Below, piece by piece: positions 12,833-26,009 of a DNA stretch of 64,000 nucleotides. Positions within the stretch are counted from its first letter, which is position 1. Each line of letters begins with the position of its first letter. The notes under the pieces were generated by a model. That model was not told the DNA's origin. It saw only the letters and a list, made by a program, of their open reading frames with translations, and ran no database searches. The translations under genes and the position numbers were made by a program. Origin of the DNA: Octopus bimaculoides (lineage: Eukaryota); NCBI RefSeq assembly GCF_001194135.2, contig NC_069003.1, positions 28,081,614 to 28,145,613 of the forward strand. The letters run 5' to 3'.

Positions 12833-13050
12833 ATATGGTGTAGCGGTTAAGAGCGAGGGCTACTAACACCAAGATTACAAGTTTGATTCCAGGCAGTGAC
12901 CTGAACAATAAAATCGAAAAATACCTTAGGAATGAGAACCCTGGTTCGAAATTTCCCCAAGACACCTGATGAAAGCTGGAGGGTATATCGGCCAAAACGT
13001 TGTGTTAACAACAAACAAGATGAGGATAAATATCCGTCAAATGTAAATAA
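12833..13050 (+). mobile_element. tRNA-headed SINE family C carrying a hammerhead-like motif (copy 1)
   Basis: A box tggtgtagcgg, B box gtttgattcc. The body is collinear with 31578-31851. Confidence 0.8.
12961..13006 (+). ncRNA. Degenerate minimal type I hammerhead ribozyme motif
   Basis: gacac-CTGATGA-a-agctg[gagggtatat]cggcc-AAAAC-GTT-gtgtt. Stem I gacac/gtgtt pairs, but G12 is changed to A and stem II has a mismatch. Confidence 0.6.
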
Positions 13051-14641
13051 ACAGTTGTATATACAGCTCAAGAGTAATGATTGCAGGCAAACTAAAAGGC
13101 AGAAACACACAAAAAAATTTGAGAGAATAACAATAATAGGCCTTTCTCACAACTACCATATTAATTCATTGCAGGCAAACTCATGGACAGAATCACAAGA
13201 AAAAAAAACAAAATTAGGAGAATAACAATATTCTTCAACTACTGTATTTGTTAACCCAAATCACTACTTTCCTCATCACTTTTGCCAGATTGATTGTCCG
13301 AATTACCTTTACTAGCTGCATATGGGTAAACTCTTCATCCAAAGAATAACTACTCAACTGTAAAGAATTTAGGCTTTCATTTACAAGATGAAGTGCTGCA
13401 TTCATCACACACTCGTTTTATCACAAAATCAGATTTTTTTTTTTTTTTTTTTTGTGGAAAACCAAAATAAACAAGAGTAATGGAGAACACCTTTAACAAT
13501 GAGTCATAAACACACTTGACTACAAAGTTGCAATGTGATCAGTTGTCTATTTTATCTTTCTCTGTGTGTTGTTCATTACCACCTGAACAGGAATCTGGCA
13601 GAAATTACATTTAGGCTATTCCCAGTATACTGAGAACACAGTATGATAGGATTAATATAGTTGATATTCAGCCTGGATTTCTATAGGCTGATGCAACAAA
13701 AAATGGAGACAGGGATAGCATTTTAGAAGAGGTATGATGGTTATGAGTAGAAAGGAGAAAGGATTAAGAAAAGTCTTTAGTGAAAACTTATTGGACTGAG
13801 ATACTGGTATCCCAGATTCCTAAAATAAAACTTTTCTAAACACTGTCAACTACTATATAGTTGCTATCCTTTCCAGTATTTCAAACATTCGTTAATCGTT
13901 AAATAATTAATTCATATTTTCTGGATGTCTATGGAAGAAATTTTGTATTTCCAAACTAAATCAATTATCACTACATGATACTCAAAATCTACATCTTCTA
14001 TATCTACTCAATGATCCTCCCATTTTTCTCCTTATAAAGAGTCACATGCTTCTTAACCCGCTTTCCCTTGTAATGCTGCATTGCTTTGAAAGTCTGCTAC
14101 AACTTTTGTATTTCTCTCAACAGCTAAATCTCAGTAGTACAAACATGAGGCACTATAAATTTTCATCACTGCAGCTCTTCTTTTATACAAGGAAGAATGT
14201 GTGCCTCTTTAAATAGAACAATAATATTATACAGTCTTCCTTTTCAAAAAGGTGTTATAGTAGTATTAAGTGATTAACAGGATATCAATAGAATAACAGA
14301 ATATCACAGAATTACAGAACGTGAACAGGGTAAAAGAATACAGAGTGACAAATATGCACACAATGAGAGAATATCAGAGTAACAATATTGACAAAGTGAT
14401 AGGATATCTAGAGCAAGAGATCATCAGTGATTACTATCTGTATTTAGTTACATCCAAGCTCTAGCAATAATTGATTTTTCTTTCATAACTTCAGAGTTAA
14501 TAAAATAAAAGCCAGTAATATACTAGGATATATTCTATAAATTATATCTTACTTAAAACTCTGATGCTATATACAAGTTGTAACTCTATATTTCCTAATA
14601 AGGATGATGATGATTATGAAACATACTTGAAAGTAACTTAC

Positions 14642-14904
14642 TTCATTGAAAGCCTTGGCTTTGTTTGATTTTCCTGTACTTTGTGGCAACATATCAATAG
14701 CCTGCAGTAAATCGGCTTTCTGATGGAATGTATTTAAATGGGCTTCGATTTTAGCATCAGAATTAAAGAACAAAAGACCAATTCTCACTTTCCCTGAGTC
14801 AAAGTCAGCCGTCCCAACAAATGTACGAGCAAAGATAAGCATCAAAAAAAACTTTTCATTTGGTACACTGGAATCCAACATCAACACAATATCCTGACCA
14901 GTTT
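14642..14904 (-). CDS. VWA9 N-terminal half exon (ETGQDIVLMLDSSVP...AFNE)
   Basis: Acceptor ttttgcag, donor GAA|gtaagt, 263 nt, phase 1 to 0. Matches the phase-0 start of exon 11957-12245. Confidence 0.9.
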
Positions 14905-15197
14905 CTGCAAAAGTTTCAAATTATAATTTACTTTCACTTATTTTTAATAATAAAAATAAAATATACACATACATATATATATATTACTATGATATAATAC
15001 ATATATATATTTATATCAAATATATAGTACACAACATATAATATACCTATATATATCTGTGTGTGTGCATATATACACACACTCAAGTTCATATAATTGA
15101 GACAGACATGATTTTGGACAAAGACAATATTAATTTTTATTTTAAATCTGTTAGAAATGATAAAAAAATTTTGACAAGATGTGGAACTGAATATTAC

Positions 15198-15230
15198 CTG
15201 ATACAGGTGGTTTAGGTTTTGGGATGACTG
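15198..15230 (-). CDS. 33-nt linker microexon (AVIPKPKPPVS)
   Basis: Acceptor tactttgtag, donor CAG|gtaata, phase 1-1, Pro-rich. Confidence 0.75.
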
Positions 15231-15299
15231 CTACAAAGTAAATATTTACATAATTAATAGAAACAAATATACACAAGGATATGAAGAAGTTCAATTTAC

Positions 15300-15317
15300 C
15301 TGCATCATAATTATTTT
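15300..15317 (-). CDS. Possible 18-nt (or 27-nt, to 15326) microexon (ENNYDA)
   Basis: Donor CAG|gtaaat is good and the frame is preserved, but both candidate acceptors lack a pyrimidine tract. Not counted among the 32 exons. Confidence 0.35.
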
Positions 15318-15819
15318 CTGATACAACTGATTTGTTTACAAGATAGATAATTATTTTTCTTTAAAAGCTTTATGAGGTACTTCAAAGTAAAAAACACAAA
15401 CAAAATGACATTTTTTAATATAGCAAATGTTTTGTATGAATAATAAAATATTAGTAAGGTAAATCTATCACCAGTGGTGCTATATACAACACACGCGCAC
15501 AGATGTATATATATATATATATATATNNNNNNNNNNNNNNNNNNNNNNNNNNNNNNNNNNNNNNNNNNNNNNNNNNNNNNNNNNNNNNNNNNNNNNNNNN
15601 ATATAGTGGTAAGTAACTATGTACAGAGTTCACCAAAAGAATGTATACACACTTCAGAGAAAGAAAATTGTGTAGAAATATTTTAGTACTAAGTTTATTC
15701 AGACACTATGGGATTAATACATGTTACATTTTACTTTTTTTTTTTAGCTTTATTTTTTTTTTAATGAAAATTTTTTCAAAAAGGTTTCCATTTTACAATA
15801 CTGTAATTTTTACTGTTGT

Positions 15820-17010
15820 TGCACTTGATCAATTGTTGACATATGAAATAGTCAATGGGCATTATTTTGAGATTTAAAAAAATGGAAACTTCCTTGACTT
15901 CTTCATACTATTGCGAGCAACTGTGACAAAATGGCAGAGGCATAGTTGTTGTTCAAGGAATTAAAGATTACTTTAATACAATATTTCAAATTTGAGAATG
16001 TTGATGGAATTCAATGACAATGGAGGTGTGATTTTGAAACTCCATCACGCCTGACAATTCCATGGATTTGTGACAAGTTCAAAATACATGGTAACATGTG
16101 TGATGTGCAGAAGAGAAAATCCAGCAAACCTCACACAGTAACAAGTGCTGCTTATCCAGCTATTGAACATTTCACACACTTGCCACAGAAGTCAACTGTA
16201 CAATGCACATGTGAAACAGTAATATGCATTATAAGCATTTAGTGGATTCTTAAAAGAGCTAGGGGAAAATTTACATTCCAAGATTATTACATGCAAATAA
16301 CAATAACGATTCTTATTGAAGAATCAAGTTTTGTTAATACTTTCAGCATATAAAAGGTTTTGTGAAGCTGGTTGTGCGGTCTGATGAAGCACAATTTAGG
16401 CTAAATGGAACAATGAACTGATATAATCGTGTTTACTGGGTACCAGAAAATCCTTACTTGCATGTGGGCAAAGCAGTCAATTTACCAGGAATCAATGTCT
16501 GGTGTAGGATGTCTTCAAGAGTTTTAATGAAACCATTTTTCTTTGAAGGTACTGTTACTGGAAAAGCATACCTAAACAAGCTATGCACTTCCATTTTTAA
16601 CCTACCATACATGCACTTCATGGAAATCATAAAATCTTCCTTCGACAACACAGTGCACCTCCACACTACTGCTGAGATGGATAAGCTTACCTGGATGAGC
16701 ACTTGCAAGGATGCTGGATACAAAGAAGAGGTACAGTCAAGTTCCCTGCATGCTCTTCTGATTTAATAACTTGGAGAAATTTTCTTATGGGGTATCCTAA
16801 AGGATATCATATAGCACAGAAAACCAGCTACACTGAAAGCCCTTTACGAATAAATTGAAAAGGCATGTGCAGCAATCCTGCTCAACACTTTGGCCAATGC
16901 TGCCTAAGCAGAAGTTTACCATACCAATAAGTGTCTGTATGCTAATGGCCACCACGTTTGAGCATGTCTTGTAATTGTAGAGGTTAACAGTAACCTGTAT
17001 TAATTCTGTG
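15820..17010 (+). mobile_element. Degenerate IS630/Tc1/mariner-superfamily transposon remnant
   Basis: Broken frames give DEAQFRLNGTMN and GINVWCRMSSRVLMKPFFFEGTVTGKAYLNKL. Ends are approximate and no TIRs were identified. Confidence 0.7.
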
Positions 17011-19425
17011 ATGTCTGAATAAATTTAGTATTAAAATACTTCTAAATGTTTTTTATTTTCTTGAAGTGTGTATATATTTTGAGAAATTCTGTCTGCATGT
17101 ATGTAAGTATGTATGGAAAAAATGAAACCATAAAAGCATATTGCTTATATCTGTCCCTCTGCACCAAATCTGTCTCTGATATATTTCTCACCCACAACTT
17201 ATCCTCCTTAGACACACACACATACACACACAATTACTTTGTCGGCTAAAATATAATATATAAGCATAATTATTTAAATTAACTATGCATATCATATATA
17301 CATGATATATATATTCTTTCATGTGTGCAAATAATATCTATCATTGTTGTATACATTTTTCAGACAAATCCACTAGTGGTAGTACAAAGTAAAGAGAATT
17401 AATGTCGAGTAGAAGTAAATATATTTTTGTTAGAATTGAGTTCTTTTCTATTACTTCAAAGCTCTCACCAGAGAGGCATTCATGAGATGGTAAATTGATG
17501 AAGTAGCACTGAAAATATTTTTTCTTTAGATAAGCCATCTGAAGAATGCCTTCCCATCAAGATACTTGCATTATGGAATTGTCAACTTTAACAATTTTAA
17601 ATATATACATATTGTATGGTATACTTATAATAAACATATGCAGTTATCGTTAATTGCAAAAATTAAGACAAACAATGAAAAGATGGAAAAGAAAAAATAA
17701 CCAATGGAAGAATAGTTAAAAATACATGAAACAAAATAGAAAAGAATAAGAGTTGCATCGTTTTCTTTACCAGTCATTTTCCTGTAATAAATTTACAGGA
17801 AGTAGCTAATAGTTATTTTGAAAACACATTACAGATGCTCACAATTATATAAAAATCATGTTAGGTTAACAATATGTTGTAAGAAATTCAAATTATTTTT
17901 GTGCATAGAAAAAAACTCAGAATAAGAGTTAGGTTTAAAGATAATAGATGGTCATGCTATAGATGAACTTCTACTTCATATAAAGATGTTAAGGTAAATG
18001 GTAGACCATTAGAGAATTTTGTTTAGTAACAATGCTCTCTATGGGGAAAAGATGATAAATGAATACACTGAATACAATATATCTGCATTGAATAGATAGA
18101 AGGCAAATCAAGATAGCATTAAATTTAAGTAAAATGAATAAATCTAGATACTGTATTTTAAACCATCTTGTACAGTGAGTAAGAGTTTGTATGATGTTTG
18201 GAATTAAAGCATATGAAGAGATCAATGAAGCAGACTATTTTACATCCTTAAACTACTGCCGCTGCTCTCTTGAGGAATCTTTAGAATGAATATTATCATT
18301 CCAGATATTATTGAAAGTGTCTTAACGATCAATTTAAAGAATTATTTACAGGTTTACAACTTCTTGTTAATCAATCAGTATTGAACATAAATTATAATTA
18401 CCATTCTAAAAATATAACAGATTTTGCTATATGAATTTCTCCATATTACAGCTACTTAAATGCACTCAGAACAAATAAAGTTGGTAGTGATCTCTTTACA
18501 AATACTGTACTTACTAAAATATGTTGACCTTTTTTCAAATTTTCACTTGGGAAACGTTCAGTTTTACATCAAGTTTCAGAACTCGATACTAATGAAACTG
18601 AAAGTTTTATTTTCATTGCACAAAAGTAAAAAAAAACAGTATGTTGTTCAAAACCTCTTAACTATTCGGTTATTGTCATTACCAATATCATTTTTACTAA
18701 CATCATTTGCTCTATATTCAGTCAGTAGACATAGGTTGCTGGCTGAAACATAAGTGGTGTTTCTATTGCTGTACATCAATTAAGTGAAAAAAAAAATGTT
18801 TTTGTTCCTGCTGTTCTAGTCAAACACTTATATGTGGATAATATAGGTTTAAAATCAGTGTTTTTGTTCTTTATAAAGTTAATGAATTGAAGGAACATTT
18901 TTTAAAGATATAAATGAGCATTTAAGTTTTCTTCTTGAAATGCAGAGTTGTGATATATTTCCTTGATTTTTTTATTATTATTGTCCTGTTTCAAGGATGA
19001 ACAAGTCAAAACTACAGAGGACACAAAAATATAATTAAAAAAAAATTTTTTTTTTTAGTATAAATAGAAAATAGTCATTATGAAAATAATAATTTCAAAA
19101 CTTAAAGTTCATGCTGAGAGAAATTTCATGCCATTAATCAATTGAATGTGAAATCAATAACTGGAAATAATTAATTGCAACATTTAGAATAACTTTAGTT
19201 AAACAATCAGATTGCTTCATTGGCAAACAAATATTTTAAACTGCTCCTTAAGCAAGCTAGTCAAAAATATTTTATTGATATTTAAAATTTAAATTTATAG
19301 CTTTGTTTTCTTTTTGTAGCAAAAATTCCAAACAAGGTTTAATTCACATAAATAATTTTCACATTTGAACAATGAACATTTCTAAGGCTGAATATATTAT
19401 TTAATAATTATTTGCAGCAATGTAG

Positions 19426-19464
<39 letters not shown>

Positions 19465-21024
19465 NNNNNNNNNNNNNNNNNNNNNNNNNNNNNNNNNNNN
19501 NNNNNNTATATATGTGTGTGTGCGTGTGTGTGTGTGTGCGTGTGAAGAAATAGGGTAATTTATTCCAAATTTACATCCATTCAAGTTAATTTGTTCCGAA
19601 TTTATATTGCTATTTTAAAGTTTATGAAAATTAGTGGAATTCAGCTTACAATTTAAGGCTATATGTGACAATGTATTATCTTGACTATAACAAAATGACT
19701 ATACAAAGTTATTTACATTGATACATTATACAAAAATAGTAAAGAGCCATTTGAAGTCCGATAGCTTCTCTTTCAGTATAATAATAATGTTAAATTTATT
19801 CTTACAAAACCTCGTTTTTGCTATACTTTATTATGTTGCTTATTTGTTTGTAAGATAGTTATGTGTGAAAACAACATTCTGTTGAACAAGTTTGTTTTTG
19901 TAACATCAACAATTCTTGGTACTGATTAAAGCATTTTATATTTTATTCCCAGCTAACAAAATCTGTAATATCTTCTAGCAGAGAATATATAAGACCAATA
20001 GAATTTAAGGGGAAATGACTGAACAATTTAACAAACCTATCACACTTATATCAGACTTAAAAAAGAAAAACACAGCCAAAATAGTAATATAAAGAATAAC
20101 TTAAGTGAATTATATCAAACAGTTTGCATTAAATATTTACAATATGTAGTTTTGAAATATCTATTGAAATGGTACTAAATTTATTTTGAACATTCTTGTC
20201 CATTTAATTTAGTTTAACATAGAATCATAACAATTGATTTTGTTTTATTCATATAGTTTTATACAAAACTTTGTTCTGTTTGTATGGAAACTGAATATTA
20301 GTTCCTAACGTTAGAGATATGAGAATCCTCACAGAACATGCAGATGAGTTGTATTTTTTATTAGAGAATTAATGTTATAGTAGAAAGACTTTCATTTTTT
20401 ATTGCTTTGTTTATTGTTGTTGTTAACACTAGGAGTACAGAGCGATCATTTTTGTATATCTTTGTCTCAATTAGATGTCCTCATCAGTTGAAATACGATA
20501 ATATCAGGATAATTAATTTATTTGAACTGAAGAAGACATCTTGCTAACACCTTCACTGCTAACCTCCTTATCAACTTCAAGGTTAGCTAAACCTAGTGAG
20601 TATTTTGAAACTGTCAACCTTCATGTTGGCAGATCTCTGGCTAACCAATATTTAACTGAGTCATAATTAACTGTGAATGTTAACTCTGATATTCATACAG
20701 CTAATTATTATGAAAGAATGATATATAAGTGGAGGTGTTTAAATGGGATAACAGAATAAAATGGTCACTTGGTAGTGCTAGTGTTATGGTATAGCAACTG
20801 GCATAGAAGCTGCAACACATTTGGCAATAAATGCCTGATTTAATTTGCCATAACAAACCTAGTCAGACATCCATGTAATAAGAGCATCTCAGTTTACTTA
20901 TAAGTAGAAATTCTATAAGTCATTATAGAAATGTAAAGCTTCAAAGGAAGTCTTCTGGAAGCGACCACATTCTTTGTACTAGGTAAATAGAGAAATTATA
21001 CCTGTTTGTAAGACTACTACTTAC

Positions 21025-21591
21025 CTCGGCAAACTAAAGTGAAGACATTGTTCATTACATCTTTGAGCTGGTTGAAATCGCTTAGTAAAAACATGTTACT
21101 TTCTGAGGGATAAGAACTAATGAGATGCAATTCCTGGGAATTAGTAAGATTAACACCCACAGTGATAATATGTACTCCTGAATTTCGAGTATGGATAGCT
21201 TCAGGAATTGTACCATATGAATTGATATTGGAATTACTATCCGTTATTAATATAACAAAATCTCTTGCATAAATCCGATCACCATATCCTCTGCTGAACA
21301 TGATGGTGTTTAATGTTTTTAGAGCATCAGCCATGTTTGCACTACCTCCAAAATAAGCAACGCTATCGATCGTTTTAAGCAAATCTTGTTTTCTCTTGAA
21401 TTCATTGAGGTGGAACTGAATATGTTCAGAGGTGCTGAAAGTCATCATACCAATACGAGCCAACCGAGTATCAATGTCATATAGAGAAACAAAGTCTTTC
21501 ATAAACTGCAGCATTTTCTTGAAGTTTCTCTCAGTAATACTGATGGAGGAATCCAGAACAAAGACCAGATCAACTTTTGCGAAGGAGCAAT
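21025..21591 (-). CDS. VWA8 single-exon domain (DCSFAKVDLVFVLDSSIS...TLVCR)
   Basis: Acceptor attctgtag, donor G|gtaag, 567 nt, phase 1-1. Confidence 0.93.
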
Positions 21592-24409
21592 CTACAGAAT
21601 AATTGAGTAAGGAAAAAGACTATCAGATTTTATGACCCTAAAGCTACTAACACTTTGGCTCATTCTATGGTCTTTCAACAGTCTGCAAGATTCAGAATCT
21701 TCCATCAAGTGAAAAAAAAATCTTTTTTCTTCTTTCCAAACTGGTTAGAATATACTTTAAATAATTAATCAAATTAGCCAGGACTTTTGTTTTTAAATTA
21801 CTTATTTTTACAATAATTCAAGTAATTCACAAACATTATGTAAGCATGATTAATATTTCTACAAACTGAAGCACTTTCTAAAATCTAAGTAATACAGGTT
21901 AAATTAGTTATTTAATTTATTTGCTAATTAATCAAAATAATTAAAATTCTCAGGTGTATATATAGGCATCTTGACCTAAGAGATCTGGTCTACTGCTGAT
22001 ATCTTAAAGTATTGTAGAAACTGAATTCAACATTGAAAGACAGTAAAATGATTGTTTTTTCCAATGGGGTTTGAAGCACATGGAACAGTGAATAACCTAC
22101 AAACATTGCATTCATAGACTTAAGTAAATCAGATTATTAAATGTGAAGCATTGGAGACTGAATATGAGCAGATAACCCTTTAGCTGATTGTACAGTTAAG
22201 TACCTATAGTTCTTTAAAGAGTATTGAAATATAAATATAATAATAATTAAGTCTTTTGAGGGGGGTCTAAATAACTAAGAGGTTTAAACAATAACCATTA
22301 TTTTTCAGTTTAAGTATATACCACAACAGTGGCTTTAAATAATTTTTTTAATTGTTATTGTCTAACTCAATACAATTTGCCTGTATCAAGGGGTATTACA
22401 AATGAATATATCAGTAGACTTGATATATTTTACTAGTTTAAAGCCTTTATAGATGATGACGTTACTTTTATTTTTTATTATTTTTTTTTTGCAAGTTTAA
22501 TCCTTGTATTTTCAAATCTGAAGAAAAATAAAAAAAGCTAGCATGCTTAATAAATCAATACAGACAATAGGTTACTTTCATTGACACGAGTAGTATTTGG
22601 CATACATTATATAAGCCATGAGTATCCTTATTTAATCATATTTGGTTATGTTTAGTTTGAGCTCACTTACTAAGCTTCTCTAACAAAAAGCAGTTCTTTA
22701 ATCAGTAATTCTACTAAAGGACAGATTGAATCAGTTTTACATCCCTTTTTAACCCATGTCATCTTGTCTGAATGAATTTAGCTACAAAGAATAATAACAC
22801 TGTTCCTTGATCATAATAAATATTAAAAAAATTTTTATCAGGTCTTATTCAAATTTTTAGATAGCAATAGAGTATTTATGAAAATTTATGTTTCTTCCAA
22901 GACTATTTTCCTTGGTTTGTATTTTAGCAGGCACCAAATTGCACAAGCATGAATTCTTTGTTATTTATACATTAACTGTGGACAGCAATGCATTTTTTTT
23001 TTCACAGTGAACAAATGTAGTAGCATGTTTAAATATATTATCAACAGTTTCTGGAGCTATTGGTGGAGTTCAACTCATGAAGTCAATATCATCTGTGGCT
23101 CTTTCCCTTCTCTGCTGAATTATTGATGCATAAATCAAAAATGATATCCAAATTAAAATCGTTTAAAACTAGAATTGTAAGTGTCCATGTTTCCATGATG
23201 GATATAATTTTGAGTACCTAAAAATCATATAACACAATTTGTGACTCCTTATTCCTACCTTAACAGTTTTATCAGTGTTAGTAATAAATGAAACTTAAAA
23301 TTATTTGATGCATAAATTAGCAACCAAAATATTATACAAAGGTTAAAAATAGATGGATAATGCAGTAACATAGACATCCCCCAACACGGATTAAAATTAT
23401 TATAAGTGCAATATTATACTATAGTGTGCCATTTTCGAGCAACATGTCTCCATTAGAGACTTTATGAAGTTTCAGAGAGAAGAAATAAGATTTTAATTTC
23501 AAAAAAAAGAAGAACTGTTTCTATATTTAATTTAGAGATAGGAAAAGGAAATAGAGAGTTAGAAATGTAATCTTTGCAGAAGTTGAAGAGAAAATAGAAA
23601 TGAACCCGAGACTGACTTAGGTAAACTATTTTAAATGCATGCACTAAACATAATCAAGCCTACTGAAAAAGTAATACTAAGATAATGAAGGGTTTTTGAA
23701 TTAACACTCTATTCAGTAAATGATAATGGATATAGCTAGTTGACATTATTGTCTACAAAGCAAATTCATTAGATCTTTTGAATGGAAACTTAAAAACAGC
23801 AGTAAGCTATTTAAAATAGTTTATTTTTATATAATAATTTTTAAGGCATTTTCTTTTCCTTTTACTTAACTAAAACAAGGCTTTTTTTTAATAGTTAATA
23901 ATGTTCATATTAAACCAATATAAAACTGAAGTTATTACATTTTAACTTAAATATTGGAAGTGATTTAAATAATGAAAATATTGTGGGACTGTCATCACTT
24001 ACCAAGTTCGTTATATACAGAGAATTGAATTTATTTCAAAGAAAAGTTTAGAGAGAGTAAATTTAAATTAAAACATTAGGACAATTTAATACTAATTCTA
24101 TAATACATTTTCACTAAGAATTAATAGGAACATAATTCATCTTCAAAAAATAATTTTACAAAATGTAATTATGTCTATTTTGGCACTTTAAAATACCACA
24201 TAAAAATGGAATAAATTTTAATGGATGGAAATGTTGAAATATATTTTAATGCATCTATCACAAATTAGTAACTTCATATTCAGAGTATTCATACACAATA
24301 AAATGACAAAATATTCTAATTTTAATCAGGTTTGTAAGATATTATTTTATCCAAATTATATGACATGAAATATTTAATCAATTCAAAAAATTTTAACAAA
24401 TTATATTAC

Positions 24410-24421
24410 CTGTTGTCCTGC
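24410..24421 (-). CDS. 12-nt linker microexon (GRTT)
   Basis: Acceptor ggattttag after a T-rich tract, donor CAG|gtaata, phase 1-1. Supported only by splice signals. Confidence 0.55.
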
Positions 24422-24888
24422 CTAAAATCCAATCAGGGCAGTAAGATGAAAAAATAAAAATATAAAAACAATTATTAGGAAGTTTCAAATGTAACTCTGC
24501 AACTGTGTTCTGTAATATTCTTAAAACAAACAATTTAAAAATCTAAGAGTATGTTTGATGATATTTATCCTAAATATTTTGTTGCTTATTTTAAACGGTA
24601 ATTTCTTTGGTTGCAATAAAATTTCTATCATATAATTTTGTAATCAACTTCTTTCACTTTGTTGGAAACATTCCCCAAGTAGTTCCCTTGCTATCTAATG
24701 GTAACAAAAACCTCCAGTTGATAGTGTGTCACTAGCTAAGCTATTAAAAAAAATTAATTTTAGACAACATGGCTACTATAGCATGTAAACTTTATAATTA
24801 GATACGATTCATTACAATGTTCTAACTCCTGCAAAATAACTTCTAAGTATGCATTGCTACAGTCACTTTCACTATAGTTTGTAATATG

Positions 24889-25772
24889 TGCTGGTGTGGC
24901 TGTGAGGTAAGAAGTTTGCTTCCCAACCATATGGTTCCATTCCTCTATAATTAGAACACTCTCTCTTGCCTCGCTTTCTAAAAAATTAGGACTATCACTC
25001 CATATTGTCATTGGTTTGATACCCTTCCAGAGGTCCAAGCCATCTGGCATACATGAGTCAACGAGGGAATATTATCTCTGATTAAGGCTTTTAAAATGTG
25101 TTCATTTTAATTAAATATGAGATTCTAATCAACATGTGCTGAACATCAAAGACAAACAATTTACCCAATGAACATGGACAAATAGCACAGAAGGAACCAT
25201 AAAACAGACTTCATGATGAATACCAAACAAAAGCTAAAGGAATACAGATTGCGAAAACTAAGTGAACAGAGAACAGGACAAAATATATCCAAAACAAGAC
25301 AGAACAAATTAAAGGAGTATCACAAAATACTACTTCATAAAGGACACATCACAATACATTTTCCACATGTTTCTAGGTTCAGTTCCACTACATGGCACCT
25401 TGGACAAGTATCTTCTACTATAGCCTCGGGCTGACAAAAGCCTTCAATGGATTTGGTAGATGGAAACTGAGAGAATCCCATTGTATATATCTAAGCATGT
25501 GTGTATGTGCGTGGGTGTGTATGTGTGTGTGTCTGTCTGTGTATATGTTTGCCTCCACCCACTGTGTATATGTTTGCCTTTACTGCTTGAACAACTGGTG
25601 TTGGGGTATTTACATCCCTTTAACTTAGTGATTCAGCCAAAGAGACCAATAGAATAAGTACCAGGCTTAAAGAAATAAGTACTGGGGTAGAATTGTTTCA
25701 CTAAAATGTTTCAAGACAGTGCCCCAGTATGGCTGCACTCTAATGATTGAAACAAGTAAAAGGTAAAAGATA
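24889..25772 (+). mobile_element. SINE family A interrupted by a 423-bp insertion (24940-25362)
   Basis: The head stops at ccatatggttcca (24927-24939) and the consensus resumes after ccacatgtttcta (25363-25375). The tail continues to gaaacaagtaaaag. Confidence 0.75.
25142..25326. repeat. Dispersed ~185-bp repeat, second copy at 32047-32231
   Basis: aacatcaaaga...acaatttacccaatgaacatggacaaatagcacagaaggaacc...ggagtatcacaaaa is present at both places with few differences. Confidence 0.85.
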
Positions 25773-26009
25773 GACACAAAAAAACTCCCTATACATTTAT
25801 TATGTATAATATTTTCTTTTCTTTTTTTTGTCAAGTTATTAGACCTGTTCTAAATATGTGGGTACATACCTACGATATATTAAAGATGTTCACCTACATA
25901 TTAAATAAAGTTTAAATGGTTCTGAATGAAGAATATAGGGTCATTAAATTTTATGTAATTTATTTAAGAAAGAGATGTCTGAGTAAGATTTGCTCTCTTC
26001 TTTTTTTCT

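Noticed and set aside
12833-12900. tRNA-like sequences here and at 10580-10651 and 31578-31650
   Set aside because: They are SINE heads with broken acceptor stems, followed by repeat bodies, so they are not called as tRNA genes.
17771-17781. 11-nt segment flanked by AG and GT
   Set aside because: Frameshifting, with an immediate TGA in phase 1.
20450-20495. Minus-strand CTGATGAGGAC resembling a hammerhead core
   Set aside because: No complementary stem II strand or GAAA follows.
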